From: Actinomycetes bacterium
Lineage (GTDB): Bacteria; Actinomycetota; Thermoleophilia; RBG-16-64-13
Reading direction: 5' to 3'
NCBI GenBank assembly: GCA_024637095.1
Contig: JAGXFV010000048.1
Span: forward strand, 2,629-66,628
Length of the DNA stretch: 64,000 nt
Each line of letters opens with the position of its first letter. The stretch's first letter is position 1. Shown here piece by piece: positions 1 to 8,017 of this stretch. Position numbers and translations under genes: made by a program. The notes beneath the pieces are model-generated. The model ran no database searches, had not been told where the DNA came from, and saw only the letters and a list, made by a program, of their open reading frames with translations.

Positions 1-519
1 GAGGCCGACCGTGGAGAAGAGTTCCACGCGGCCCCAGAGCTCCTGTATTAGGAGCACGAAGGCGAAGAAGCCCGCCGAGAAGAGGGCGATGTAAAGCAGA
101 AAGAGCTCGTTGTATGCGGTGCCGGTTGCGAGACTGACGTAGACGTAGAGCAAGTAGCAAAGGACGCCCAGAAGGACGAGGCCCCCGCGAACCGACCCCC
201 GGGAGTAGAACAGCGTCGAGACCAGCAGCGCGGGTACGGCGAGAGCGAGGATGAGGGCATCGGCTCCCTGGTTGCCCGCCCCCTTGAAGGCGGAGTCGTT
301 CCGGTAGATGCCCTCACCCAGAAGCTCGACTTCTTCCCCGTGTAACGAGGTGAAGGAGTACGCCGCCTCGCCGCCGGACCAGAAGAGTCCGGTGCCGGCC
401 GCCACCAGGGCGAGGACCGCGATCACGAGCGAAAGGGCGGTTATCCAGGGGGACGTGGTGGTTCGGGTGGGGGCCTGCCCATCAATTTTGGCGGAGACGG
501 GTTCTGCAATCATGCTCAT
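1..519 (-). CDS. Multi-pass membrane protein, hypothetical (3' end runs off window)
   Basis: Manually translated and absent from the ORF track: AGGAGA RBS then ATG at 519, MSMIAEPVSAK...WITALSLVIAVLALVAAGTGLFW...GIYRND...LLYVYVSLA; open to position 1 with several hydrophobic helices. Confidence 0.75.
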   Translation of the reverse strand, partial: MSMIAEPVSAKIDGQAPTRTTTSPWITALSLVIAVLALVAAGTGLFWSGGEAAYSFTSLHGEEVELLGEGIYRNDSAFKGAGNQGADALILALAVPALLVSTLFYSRGSVRGGLVLLGVLCYLLYVYVSLATGTAYNELFLLYIALFSAGFFAFVLLIQELWGRVELFSTVGL

Positions 520-778
520 GCTTTCTCCTAAAACACGGCGGTTGAGCTTGAGCATAGGTGTGGTGGGCACTTCGAGCGCCGTTCCGGGGCACAGTTTCAG
601 GCCTGGTCAACCGGCCAATTTCGAGGAGCGGCAGCCATGGGAATGGTTAACTGAGTGTAGGCATCGGCTTGCGCGGAGACGGGAACTAAAGTACCGGCCT
701 CGCGCGTCAGACTCTTTGTCGTCATGATCTTGCTCTCGAGCGCGAGGCTTCTCTCATTGCCGGCGCGAGGGTCCGCAT

Positions 779-1765
779 ATGTCGGAGGTGCATCTGACGA
801 ACGTTTCCCACAGTGGACAGCCCGGTGTTTTTGCGATCGCGCTGACTCTAACTCTTGCGGCCGCTCTGGCTCTCTGGGGTTGCGGCGGTGCGGCGGACGC
901 TCCCACAGGCGGTTCTGGTGAGAATGCGACGACATCCACCTCATCCACCGCCGGCGACGCCACCTCATCCACCTCCCCGGGCGCCGACGGCCAGGCGTTC
1001 GACTTTCCCAGCGGCGAGGACGAACTCGTGCTCCGGGTCGAGCAGGAGGGAGGATTCCTCCCAATTGAGGTCGCCCTGACCGAGCTGCCCCTGTTTTCTC
1101 TTTACGGAGGCGGGCGCATCTTCCAACCGGCGCCCACGATCGCCATCTTTCCGTCGCCTGCCCTGCGGGGCTACCAGGTGGCGGAGATCAACCGTGAAGC
1201 CATCGAGCGCATTCTGCGGGGAGCCGAGGAGGCGGGGCTTCTGGAGCAGCGGGGCTACGGTACTCTCCCCGTCGCGGACGCTCCCAATACCACCTTCATC
1301 TTCCATCTTGGCGGAGAAGAGACGCGGACGAGTATCTACGCTCTGGGCTTCGAGCCTCCCCTGGGGGATGGCGTGCAGGAAGGGCTGACGCCCGAGCAGC
1401 GGAAGGCCCGAGAGGACGCCCAGCAATACCTACAGAGCCTGATGAACGTCTCCGCCCACGAAGGCGAGGAGTTGGCCTGGGAGAGCTACGAGCCGGCTGA
1501 GGTCGCCGCCTACGTTCGTGAGGCTGATCCGGCTGCGTACGAGGGGGCGGAGGTCCAGCCCAACCGCCTCGAGTGGCCGCTGGGAGATCTGGCCGGGGTG
1601 GGCGAGGAGACGGCCCCGGGCCTCCGCCGTCTGGTCGTTTCCGGCGAGGAGTTGACCCAGTTACGCCCCCTTCTTCAGGAGGCGAGCGCCATCACTCTCT
1701 GGGAAAGCGGCAGCGAGTTCTATCAGATAGCCTTCCGCCCGCTGCTACCCGACGAGAACGAGTAG
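779..1765 (+). CDS. Putative lipoprotein, hypothetical
   Basis: Hydrophobic signal with lipobox-like LWGC, then a Thr/Ser-rich linker and an acidic globular domain. Confidence 0.7.
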   Translation: MSEVHLTNVSHSGQPGVFAIALTLTLAAALALWGCGGAADAPTGGSGENATTSTSSTAGDATSSTSPGADGQAFDFPSGEDELVLRVEQEGGFLPIEVALTELPLFSLYGGGRIFQPAPTIAIFPSPALRGYQVAEINREAIERILRGAEEAGLLEQRGYGTLPVADAPNTTFIFHLGGEETRTSIYALGFEPPLGDGVQEGLTPEQRKAREDAQQYLQSLMNVSAHEGEELAWESYEPAEVAAYVREADPAAYEGAEVQPNRLEWPLGDLAGVGEETAPGLRRLVVSGEELTQLRPLLQEASAITLWESGSEFYQIAFRPLLPDENE

Positions 1766-1796
1766 GGTCACCGGGCTTTTCGCCGTCTGTCCCGGA

Positions 1797-2105
1797 TCAG
1801 CGGCGACCTCGGCCGGCTCCGGCTCCGCCGCCTGCGCCTCCGCCGAGAATGAGACCAATGCCCAGAAGGAAGCCGAAGTTGTACCAGTTACCGTTGTTGT
1901 GGACTTCGTAGAAGTGCACGTCTTCGACGAAGAGCGAAACGACGAAGGTAACGGGCGCAATTACGCCGTGCCACAACCCCAGCCAAAAGCCGGCCACTTC
2001 GCCCTCCGGATTGGGTTCGTGGGCCAGTTCGTTGGGGCCGGCTGCGCAGGCGGTGAGGCCCAGCACGAGCACCACCAGCAGGACGGATAGGGCTATCTTC
2101 GACAT
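1797..2105 (-). CDS. Small membrane lipoprotein, conserved-hypothetical-like
   Basis: Start trimmed to ATG 2105 (MSKIALSVLL...GLTAC lipobox); GFWLGLWHG and HNNGNWYNFGFLLG hydrophobic segments; Gly-rich tail. Confidence 0.65.
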   Translation of the reverse strand: MSKIALSVLLVVLVLGLTACAAGPNELAHEPNPEGEVAGFWLGLWHGVIAPVTFVVSLFVEDVHFYEVHNNGNWYNFGFLLGIGLILGGGAGGGAGAGRGRR

Positions 2106-2316
2106 CTGCTTCTTCCTGCTCACATGCGCCGTTGCCAGGTTACCTTCGCTGGGCCCGATCACTTTGCCAGTACCTCCCAGTCTTCCCGGGAAACCGTGTC
2201 TCTGACCAAGGTCACGCGTCCACGGCCACCGCACGAGCCGGAATGCTCTTCGCGGACGAGCCATTGACTCTCGACCGGGTGAGTTCGCGCCGGCCACGAA
2301 CGGGTATTTCGGTGCT

Positions 2317-2823
2317 ATGGCTGTCAAATTCCGCTTCGCCTCCATGGCCGACCTCGAGTTGCTGCGCCGCTGGGACGAGCAACCCCACGTGATCGCGTCC
2401 GATCCCAACGACGACTGGGCCTGGGAGGAGGAGCTCCCGAAGAACCCCGATTGGCGCGAGCAGTTGATCGCCGAAATCGACGGCAGACCAATCGGCTACG
2501 TCGAAATCATCGATCCTGCGAGAGAGGAGAGCCATTATTGGGGCGCGGTGCCGGCCGATCTGCGGGCCATCGACATATGGATCGGCGAGGAGTCCGACCT
2601 CAACCGGGGCTACGGAACCCAGATGATGCGCCTTGCACTCGCTCGCTGTTTTGCCGACCCGGAAGTGGCCGCGGTTCTGGTCGACCCTCTGGCCGGCAAC
2701 ACCCGGGCTCACCGCTTCTACGAGCGCTTCGGCTTTCGCTTTGTCGAGCGGCGGCGCTTCGGGGAAGACGATTGTTTTGTCTACCGCCTGGAACGCAACG
2801 ATTACGAGCGAAACACGGGTTAG
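2317..2823 (+). CDS. GNAT N-acetyltransferase, AAC(6')-like/Acetyltransf_8 type
   Basis: GRPIGYVEIIDP, AIDIWIGE, acetyl-CoA motif NRGYGT, VLVDP..N.RA.RFYERFGF. Confidence 0.8.
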   Translation: MAVKFRFASMADLELLRRWDEQPHVIASDPNDDWAWEEELPKNPDWREQLIAEIDGRPIGYVEIIDPAREESHYWGAVPADLRAIDIWIGEESDLNRGYGTQMMRLALARCFADPEVAAVLVDPLAGNTRAHRFYERFGFRFVERRRFGEDDCFVYRLERNDYERNTG

Positions 2824-2889
2824 GCGGCCGGGGCTTCCGCCCCCCAAGGTTGAGATCGTGCCGGTTCTCAAGCGAACAACAGGGAGAGT

Positions 2890-3291
2890 GTGATGAAGGA
2901 CTTTCGCGAGTTCTTGCTACGCGGGAACATCGTCGATCTGGCTGTGGCGGTGGTTATCGGGGTGGCCTTCGGCGCTCTGACCGACTCCCTGGTCGCGGAC
3001 TTGCTCACCCCACTAATAGCCGCCATCGGCGGGCAGCAGGACTTCTCGGCGCTGACCTTCACGGTGAATGGTTCCATCTTCCGCTACGGTATGTTCCTGA
3101 ACGCGGTGTTCGCGTTCGTGCTGATCGCGGCGGTCATTTTCTTCCTGGTGGTCAAACCGGTTAACGCCCTGATGAACCGTAAACGCCCGGAGCCCCCGGT
3201 CGATGAACCCACCAAGGACTGTCCCGAGTGCTTGAGCTCCATCCCCGAGGCCGCGAAGCGCTGCGCCTTCTGCACCGCGGAATTGGTTTAG
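2890..3291 (+). CDS. mscL: Large-conductance mechanosensitive channel with C-terminal CxxC-x10-CxxC ribbon
   Basis: DFREFLLRGNIVDLAVAVVIGVAF signature; tail CPECLSSIPEAAKRCAFC. Confidence 0.93.
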   Translation: MMKDFREFLLRGNIVDLAVAVVIGVAFGALTDSLVADLLTPLIAAIGGQQDFSALTFTVNGSIFRYGMFLNAVFAFVLIAAVIFFLVVKPVNALMNRKRPEPPVDEPTKDCPECLSSIPEAAKRCAFCTAELV

Positions 3292-3469
3292 GCAGGGCCG
3301 CGGGCGAGGTTCCCGCTTGCCCAAATCGAGGGTGTTTGCCCGGGCGTGGCAAGAGCTGACTTGCCGAGAAAGTGTCGCCCTGATCTATGCGCAGTTCGAG
3401 GCGGACCGAGAGCTCGTTTCCGATTGTGCTTGACCAAGTCCGTCGATAGTGGTACCTGTAGAAAAGAGT

Positions 3470-3695
3470 AACCGTCAGGTGCCTCGCGAGGCGTCGGCAG
3501 AAGCCGGATGGGCACAGCCCGTGTCGCCAAGCGAGGAGAATAGGAAATCGGGTGAAAATCCCGAGCGGTCCCGCCGCTGTGAACGGGGAGCAAACCCGCA
3601 AGTAGGCCACTGTTTCACCGCCGATCGAAGGATCGGCAAGGGGAATGGGAAGGCGCGGGCAAGCCTTGATCCGTGAGCCAGCAGACCTGCCTGAG
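3470..3695 (+). ncRNA. Cobalamin riboswitch (long, AdoCbl/class I-like)
   Basis: Core AATAGGAAATCGGGTGAAAATCCCGAGCGGTCCCGCCGCTGTGA, GCCACTG, GGGAAGG and B12 box AGCCAGCAGACCTGCC; P1 CAGGT(3476-80)/ACCTG(3685-89). Confidence 0.93.
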
Positions 3696-3742
3696 TGGTG
3701 GTAGGCCCCCCGCGTGAAGGGGGCCCTGCTGGGGGATGATGG

Positions 3743-3779
3743 AAAAGTCTCCGGCCGATCGAGGCTGGGGGCTTTTTTT
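3743..3779 (+). terminator. Intrinsic terminator, riboswitch expression platform
   Basis: GTCTCCGGCC-GATCGA-GGCTGGGGGC 10-bp stem with GU pairs, followed by T7, between riboswitch and first ORF. Confidence 0.75.
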
Positions 3780-3830
3780 GTCCCCCGACCTCGATCACGT
3801 CATCGGAATCGGACGTGAAGGGGGCGAACA

Positions 3831-4466
3831 ATGGCAACTGAGCAAAGCGCAGTGAGACGGGGACGCGGACAGGCCGGAGTCGGGGCCGAAATGGGCGGCG
3901 TCGGTGCCGGGGGTGGCACGCTCGCATGGGGGACGAGGCCGGCGCGTTTCTGGCGCACGGACACCAGGGCACTGGTGGGGGCGGTTGTCCTCGGCGTCGC
4001 ATTCGTGCTCGTGCAGCAGGTGGCTCACCGCATCGACGCGGTTCTATGGCCGACCCTGATCATCATCGGTGGGATCACCTGGGCCACCTTCACCGGGCTG
4101 ATCACGCTTATCTACCGCCAGCCGGGCGGAATCATCATGGGCGAGACCCAGGCTTTGGTTGCGGTGGCCACCGGTTTGTCGCCCCTGGCCCTTTTCTTCA
4201 TCCCGGCGAACGGGTTCGGCTCGCTGGCCTACGGCGCGGTGGCCTGGCGGCTATCCATGGAGCGTTGGAGCCATCATTTCCTTGCCCAACTGGCCTGCAA
4301 CGTGGTGGGGAATGCCTGTATAGCGGTCGGCCTCTACGTGGTGCTCGGCCTGCCCACCCCGGTGGTGCTCGTGTCCTCGGCGGTCACCGCGGCGGCGGGC
4401 ACCGTGGGCAGCACCATACTCACCCGGCGTATCTACACGGCCGTTCGCAGCAGCGGTCTGGCTTAG
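3831..4466 (+). CDS. ECF transporter S-component-like membrane protein
   Basis: About 6 TM helices in 211 aa; TRALVGAVVLG N-terminal helix typical of S components; co-operonic with EcfA/EcfT. Confidence 0.65.
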   Translation: MATEQSAVRRGRGQAGVGAEMGGVGAGGGTLAWGTRPARFWRTDTRALVGAVVLGVAFVLVQQVAHRIDAVLWPTLIIIGGITWATFTGLITLIYRQPGGIIMGETQALVAVATGLSPLALFFIPANGFGSLAYGAVAWRLSMERWSHHFLAQLACNVVGNACIAVGLYVVLGLPTPVVLVSSAVTAAAGTVGSTILTRRIYTAVRSSGLA

Positions 4467-4473
4467 CCGGGGC

Positions 4474-5889
4474 GTGTCGATGGACCCGCAAACGAAGACG
4501 ACGGAAGTCGGAGGCGCCGGCCAGGACTGGCGCCCTCTGCTTCACGAACTCGAACGCGACGGCGAGGTGGTCCGCATCGCGACCCCGATCGCACGCGAGT
4601 ACGAGATCAGCGCGCTGATGATGGATTTGGAGAAGGCCAGGCGGTACCCCCTGGTGATATTCGAGAACGTGGGCGGCGGGGATGTTCCCGTTGTCACGAA
4701 CGCGCTAGCACCCAGGGAACGGCTCGCACGCGCTCTCGACGTCTCGCCCAGCGCGCTCAGCGAGGAGTTTGCGAAGCGCATCCAGACCCGGCCGGGGACG
4801 CGGCGGTTGAAGGAAGCCGCTTTCGAAGCGGTGAGCTACGTGGGCTCGGAGGCAGACCTCGGCCGCCTTCCTATCCTGACGCACTTCCCCATAGACGCCG
4901 GGCCGTACATCACCGGCGGCCTGGTCGTGGCCAGAGATCCGCAGAGCGGCGCGGAGACCCTCGGTTTTCATCGCATGCAATTGAAGGGGCGCGATAAGCT
5001 GGGCGTCAGCCTGCACTCGCGGCAGCGTCTGTGGGAATACCTGCGCCGCGCCGAGGCCAGGGGTCAGAACCTGGAAGCATCAGTGGTGATCGGTGTGCAT
5101 CCGGCGGTCGCGCTGGGTTCTATGGCTCTGATCCCCTATGAGGAAGGTAAGTTCAGCGCCATCGGCGGTCTCTTTGGCGAGCCGCTCGAGGTGGCTCAGT
5201 GCCGTACGGTCGATCTCGAGGTACCGGCCTGGTCGGAGATCGTGATCGAGGGGGAGATCCTAGCGGGCGTGCGGGAGGCGGAAGGACCATTCGCCGAATT
5301 CACCAACTACGCCTGTTTCCGCAGCACCGAGAACGTGTTCCGGGTGAAGGCAATACAGCATCGCGAAAAGCCCCTCTATCATGGGCTAACTCCCGGGATG
5401 AGTTCCGAGCACATCACTATCGTCGGCGTCCAGCGGGAAGGCGACGTGCTCGCCGCGCTCAATCGCACCCTGCCCAATGTGCGCGCGGTGCACGCGCCGT
5501 TCTCGGCCTGTGGTTTGTTCCACGTGTATGTGTCGCTGGAGAAGGTGGCCGAGGGGCAGGCTCAGCAAGCCATTTTCGGCGCCTTCGCCGTGGACCACAA
5601 CATCAAGCTGGTGGTGGTGGTCGACGCCGACGTCGATGTCTACGACGAGCGCGAGGTGCTCTGGGCGCTGGCCACGCGTCTGCAGGCGGATCGGGGGGTT
5701 ACCATCGTCCCGCAGCATTTGGGCATGGGTTGCACTCTGGACCCCTCGACGGACGAGCTCAGCCGTACGGCCAAGATGGGCATCGACGCCACGCGGCCCT
5801 TGAGCGGCTTCGCTCCCACCATCACCATCGACGACGATGTCCGCCAAGCGGTCCGGCGCTTCTGGCCGGATTTCGGGCTCCAGCACTGA
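4474..5889 (+). CDS. UbiD-family (prFMN-dependent) decarboxylase/carboxylase
   Basis: GFHRMQ, AWSEIVIEG, catalytic EGPFAEF, VVVDADVD, VLWALATR, LDPS, KMGIDAT motifs. Confidence 0.92.
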   Translation: MSMDPQTKTTEVGGAGQDWRPLLHELERDGEVVRIATPIAREYEISALMMDLEKARRYPLVIFENVGGGDVPVVTNALAPRERLARALDVSPSALSEEFAKRIQTRPGTRRLKEAAFEAVSYVGSEADLGRLPILTHFPIDAGPYITGGLVVARDPQSGAETLGFHRMQLKGRDKLGVSLHSRQRLWEYLRRAEARGQNLEASVVIGVHPAVALGSMALIPYEEGKFSAIGGLFGEPLEVAQCRTVDLEVPAWSEIVIEGEILAGVREAEGPFAEFTNYACFRSTENVFRVKAIQHREKPLYHGLTPGMSSEHITIVGVQREGDVLAALNRTLPNVRAVHAPFSACGLFHVYVSLEKVAEGQAQQAIFGAFAVDHNIKLVVVVDADVDVYDEREVLWALATRLQADRGVTIVPQHLGMGCTLDPSTDELSRTAKMGIDATRPLSGFAPTITIDDDVRQAVRRFWPDFGLQH

Positions 5890-5890
5890 G

Positions 5891-8017
5891 GTGCACGCCC
5901 TGAACGGCAGCGGTCTTCAACTGGCCGTGGATACCGGAGGGACCTTCACCGACGTGGTTGCGGCGCGGGCGGGACAGCCGGTATTCGTTTCGAAGGTGCC
6001 CACGGATGCCCGGAACCCGACGGGAAGCTTCATGGCCGGGATTGAGTCTGTGGCCGAGCATTGGGGACTGACGTTGCCGGCTCTCCTTGAGCGCACCGAC
6101 CGCATCATCCATGGGACCACGCTGGGAGTCAACGCGCTCCTGGAGGGCAGCCTCGCGCGCACGGCTCTGCTGACCACCGAGGGCTTTCGCGACGCTCTGG
6201 AGCTCAGGCGCTCCAGGCTCGAGGACCAGTGGGATCTTCGTTTCCGGCCTCCGGAACCGCTGGTCCCCCGTTATCTGCGTCTGGGCCTCCGCGAAAGGAT
6301 CGACTGGTCTGGGCGGGTGATCACTCCGCTCGACGAGCAACAGGTGCGGGAAGTGGCGGAGATCCTGCGCAGGCATCGGGTCGAGGCGGTAGCGCTGTGT
6401 TTTCTCTTCTCCTACCTCAATCCCACCCACGAACAGGCGGCGGCCGCCGTTTTGCGGTGCGAGCTTCCCGGGGTCTATGTCAGCCCTTCGTCCGAGGTGG
6501 CTCCCCGGATGGGTGAATACGAACGCACTTCCACGGTCGTGCTGAACGCAGCCCTTGGCCCGGTGTTCGATGACTATCTGACCGAACTCGAGCATGCCCT
6601 GAGCCGCCATGGCTCGAGGGGCCCGGTCCACTTGGTGCTCAACAGCGGAGTGCTCAACGATGCCGTCGGCGTTCTGGGCGCGCCCGTCAAAACCCTGTTC
6701 TCCGGCCCGGCGGGCGGCTCGCGAGGTGCCGAAGTCGTGGCGCGGCAGCGGGCCGAGGACTGTTTGATCGTCGCCGACATGGGCGGGACCAGCTTCGATA
6801 CCCACCTGGTGCTTGGCGGCCGCACACCCCTCGTTGCCGAATCGGCCGTTGCCGGACATCCTGTCGCTTTGCCTCTGGTCGACATCCACTCGATTGCTGC
6901 AGGCGGGGGGAGCGTGCTCTCGGTCGACGAAGCGGGAGGCGTAAGGGTGGGGCCGCGGTCCGCCGGTTCCCTCCCGGGTCCCGCCTGTTACGGCCGGGGA
7001 GGCGTGGAGGCGACGCTCACCGACGCCGCGCTCGTTCTTGGGCTGCTGGCCCCGGCGGGCCTGCTGGGCGGCCGCATGCCTCTTGATGCGGACTTGGCGT
7101 GGCAGGCATTAGACCTTGCTCTCGCTCAACCCCTGGGGCTCGAGGTGCCTGCGGCTGCGTTTGTCGCCTACCGGGTGGCGGCTGCTCGGATGGCGGACGC
7201 CGTCAGGTTGATAACCGTGCAGCGGGGGATCGATCCGGGAGAGTGTGCCCTGCTTGGGGCAGGTGGCGCATTTCCGCTGTTCGCCGCGGCGGTGGCCGAG
7301 GATTTGGCCATCAAGAAAGTTCTGCTGCCGGCAGTGGGCCCAGCCTGGTGCGCCTGGGGAATGCTCGCCGCCGGCTGCGGCCACGAGGCCGTCCAACCCT
7401 GCCTATTGCCGGGCGATCACTGGGATCAAGATGGCTTTGAGACTGCTTTGGCAAAGGCTTCGGCTGCGGGGCACGAAGAGCTTGCGCGGCTCGGCGTGGG
7501 CCCGGAGCAACTCGATGCCGCATTGGTCCTGGAGATGCGTTACGCGGATCAGCACCACGCCATCGACGTGCGTCCCCCCGTCGAGCTTGGGCCAGGGCGG
7601 CCTCCGGCCGCGCTTGCTCGCGAGTTCCATGCTCGTCACGAAACCCTGTTTGGTTACTGCGAGCCCAGCCAACCCTGGCAACTTCTTGCCATGCGTCTCA
7701 GTCTGCGTGAAAATCGCCCGGAACCGCCCGCCGGGAGGTACGGTCGTGGAGCGAGATCTGGAGCTGGAGCTGGAGCAGGAGCAGGAGCGGGAGCGGGAAC
7801 GGGAGCGGAGGGCTCGGCCTCTGTCGGGCTCAGACAGGTCACTCTGGACGAGGGTGGCCCGACTCCGGTCCCGGTTTGGGGTCAAGACTTCATTGGCGAG
7901 GTGCCGGGCCCCTGCCTGGTGGAGTTCAACTACACCACCGCGGTGGTTCCCCGGGGTTACGTGGCCCGGTTCGCCTCGGATGGCATCCTCGAGCTGCGAA
8001 GAAAGGAGGAAGCATGA
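5891..8017 (+). CDS. Hydantoinase/oxoprolinase family, A (ATP-binding) subunit
   Basis: DTGGTFTD, HGTT..NALLE, SGPAGG, DMGGTSFD, AGGGS, GPACYGRGG; GTG 5891 immediately after the UbiD stop. Confidence 0.92.
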   Translation: MHALNGSGLQLAVDTGGTFTDVVAARAGQPVFVSKVPTDARNPTGSFMAGIESVAEHWGLTLPALLERTDRIIHGTTLGVNALLEGSLARTALLTTEGFRDALELRRSRLEDQWDLRFRPPEPLVPRYLRLGLRERIDWSGRVITPLDEQQVREVAEILRRHRVEAVALCFLFSYLNPTHEQAAAAVLRCELPGVYVSPSSEVAPRMGEYERTSTVVLNAALGPVFDDYLTELEHALSRHGSRGPVHLVLNSGVLNDAVGVLGAPVKTLFSGPAGGSRGAEVVARQRAEDCLIVADMGGTSFDTHLVLGGRTPLVAESAVAGHPVALPLVDIHSIAAGGGSVLSVDEAGGVRVGPRSAGSLPGPACYGRGGVEATLTDAALVLGLLAPAGLLGGRMPLDADLAWQALDLALAQPLGLEVPAAAFVAYRVAAARMADAVRLITVQRGIDPGECALLGAGGAFPLFAAAVAEDLAIKKVLLPAVGPAWCAWGMLAAGCGHEAVQPCLLPGDHWDQDGFETALAKASAAGHEELARLGVGPEQLDAALVLEMRYADQHHAIDVRPPVELGPGRPPAALAREFHARHETLFGYCEPSQPWQLLAMRLSLRENRPEPPAGRYGRGARSGAGAGAGAGAGAGTGAEGSASVGLRQVTLDEGGPTPVPVWGQDFIGEVPGPCLVEFNYTTAVVPRGYVARFASDGILELRRKEEA
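7759..7810 (+). repeat. In-frame 6-bp GGAGCN tandem repeat encoding a Gly-Ala linker
   Basis: ggagctggagctggagcaggagcaggagcgggagcgggaacgggagcg encodes GAGAGAGAGAGTGA. Confidence 0.8.
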
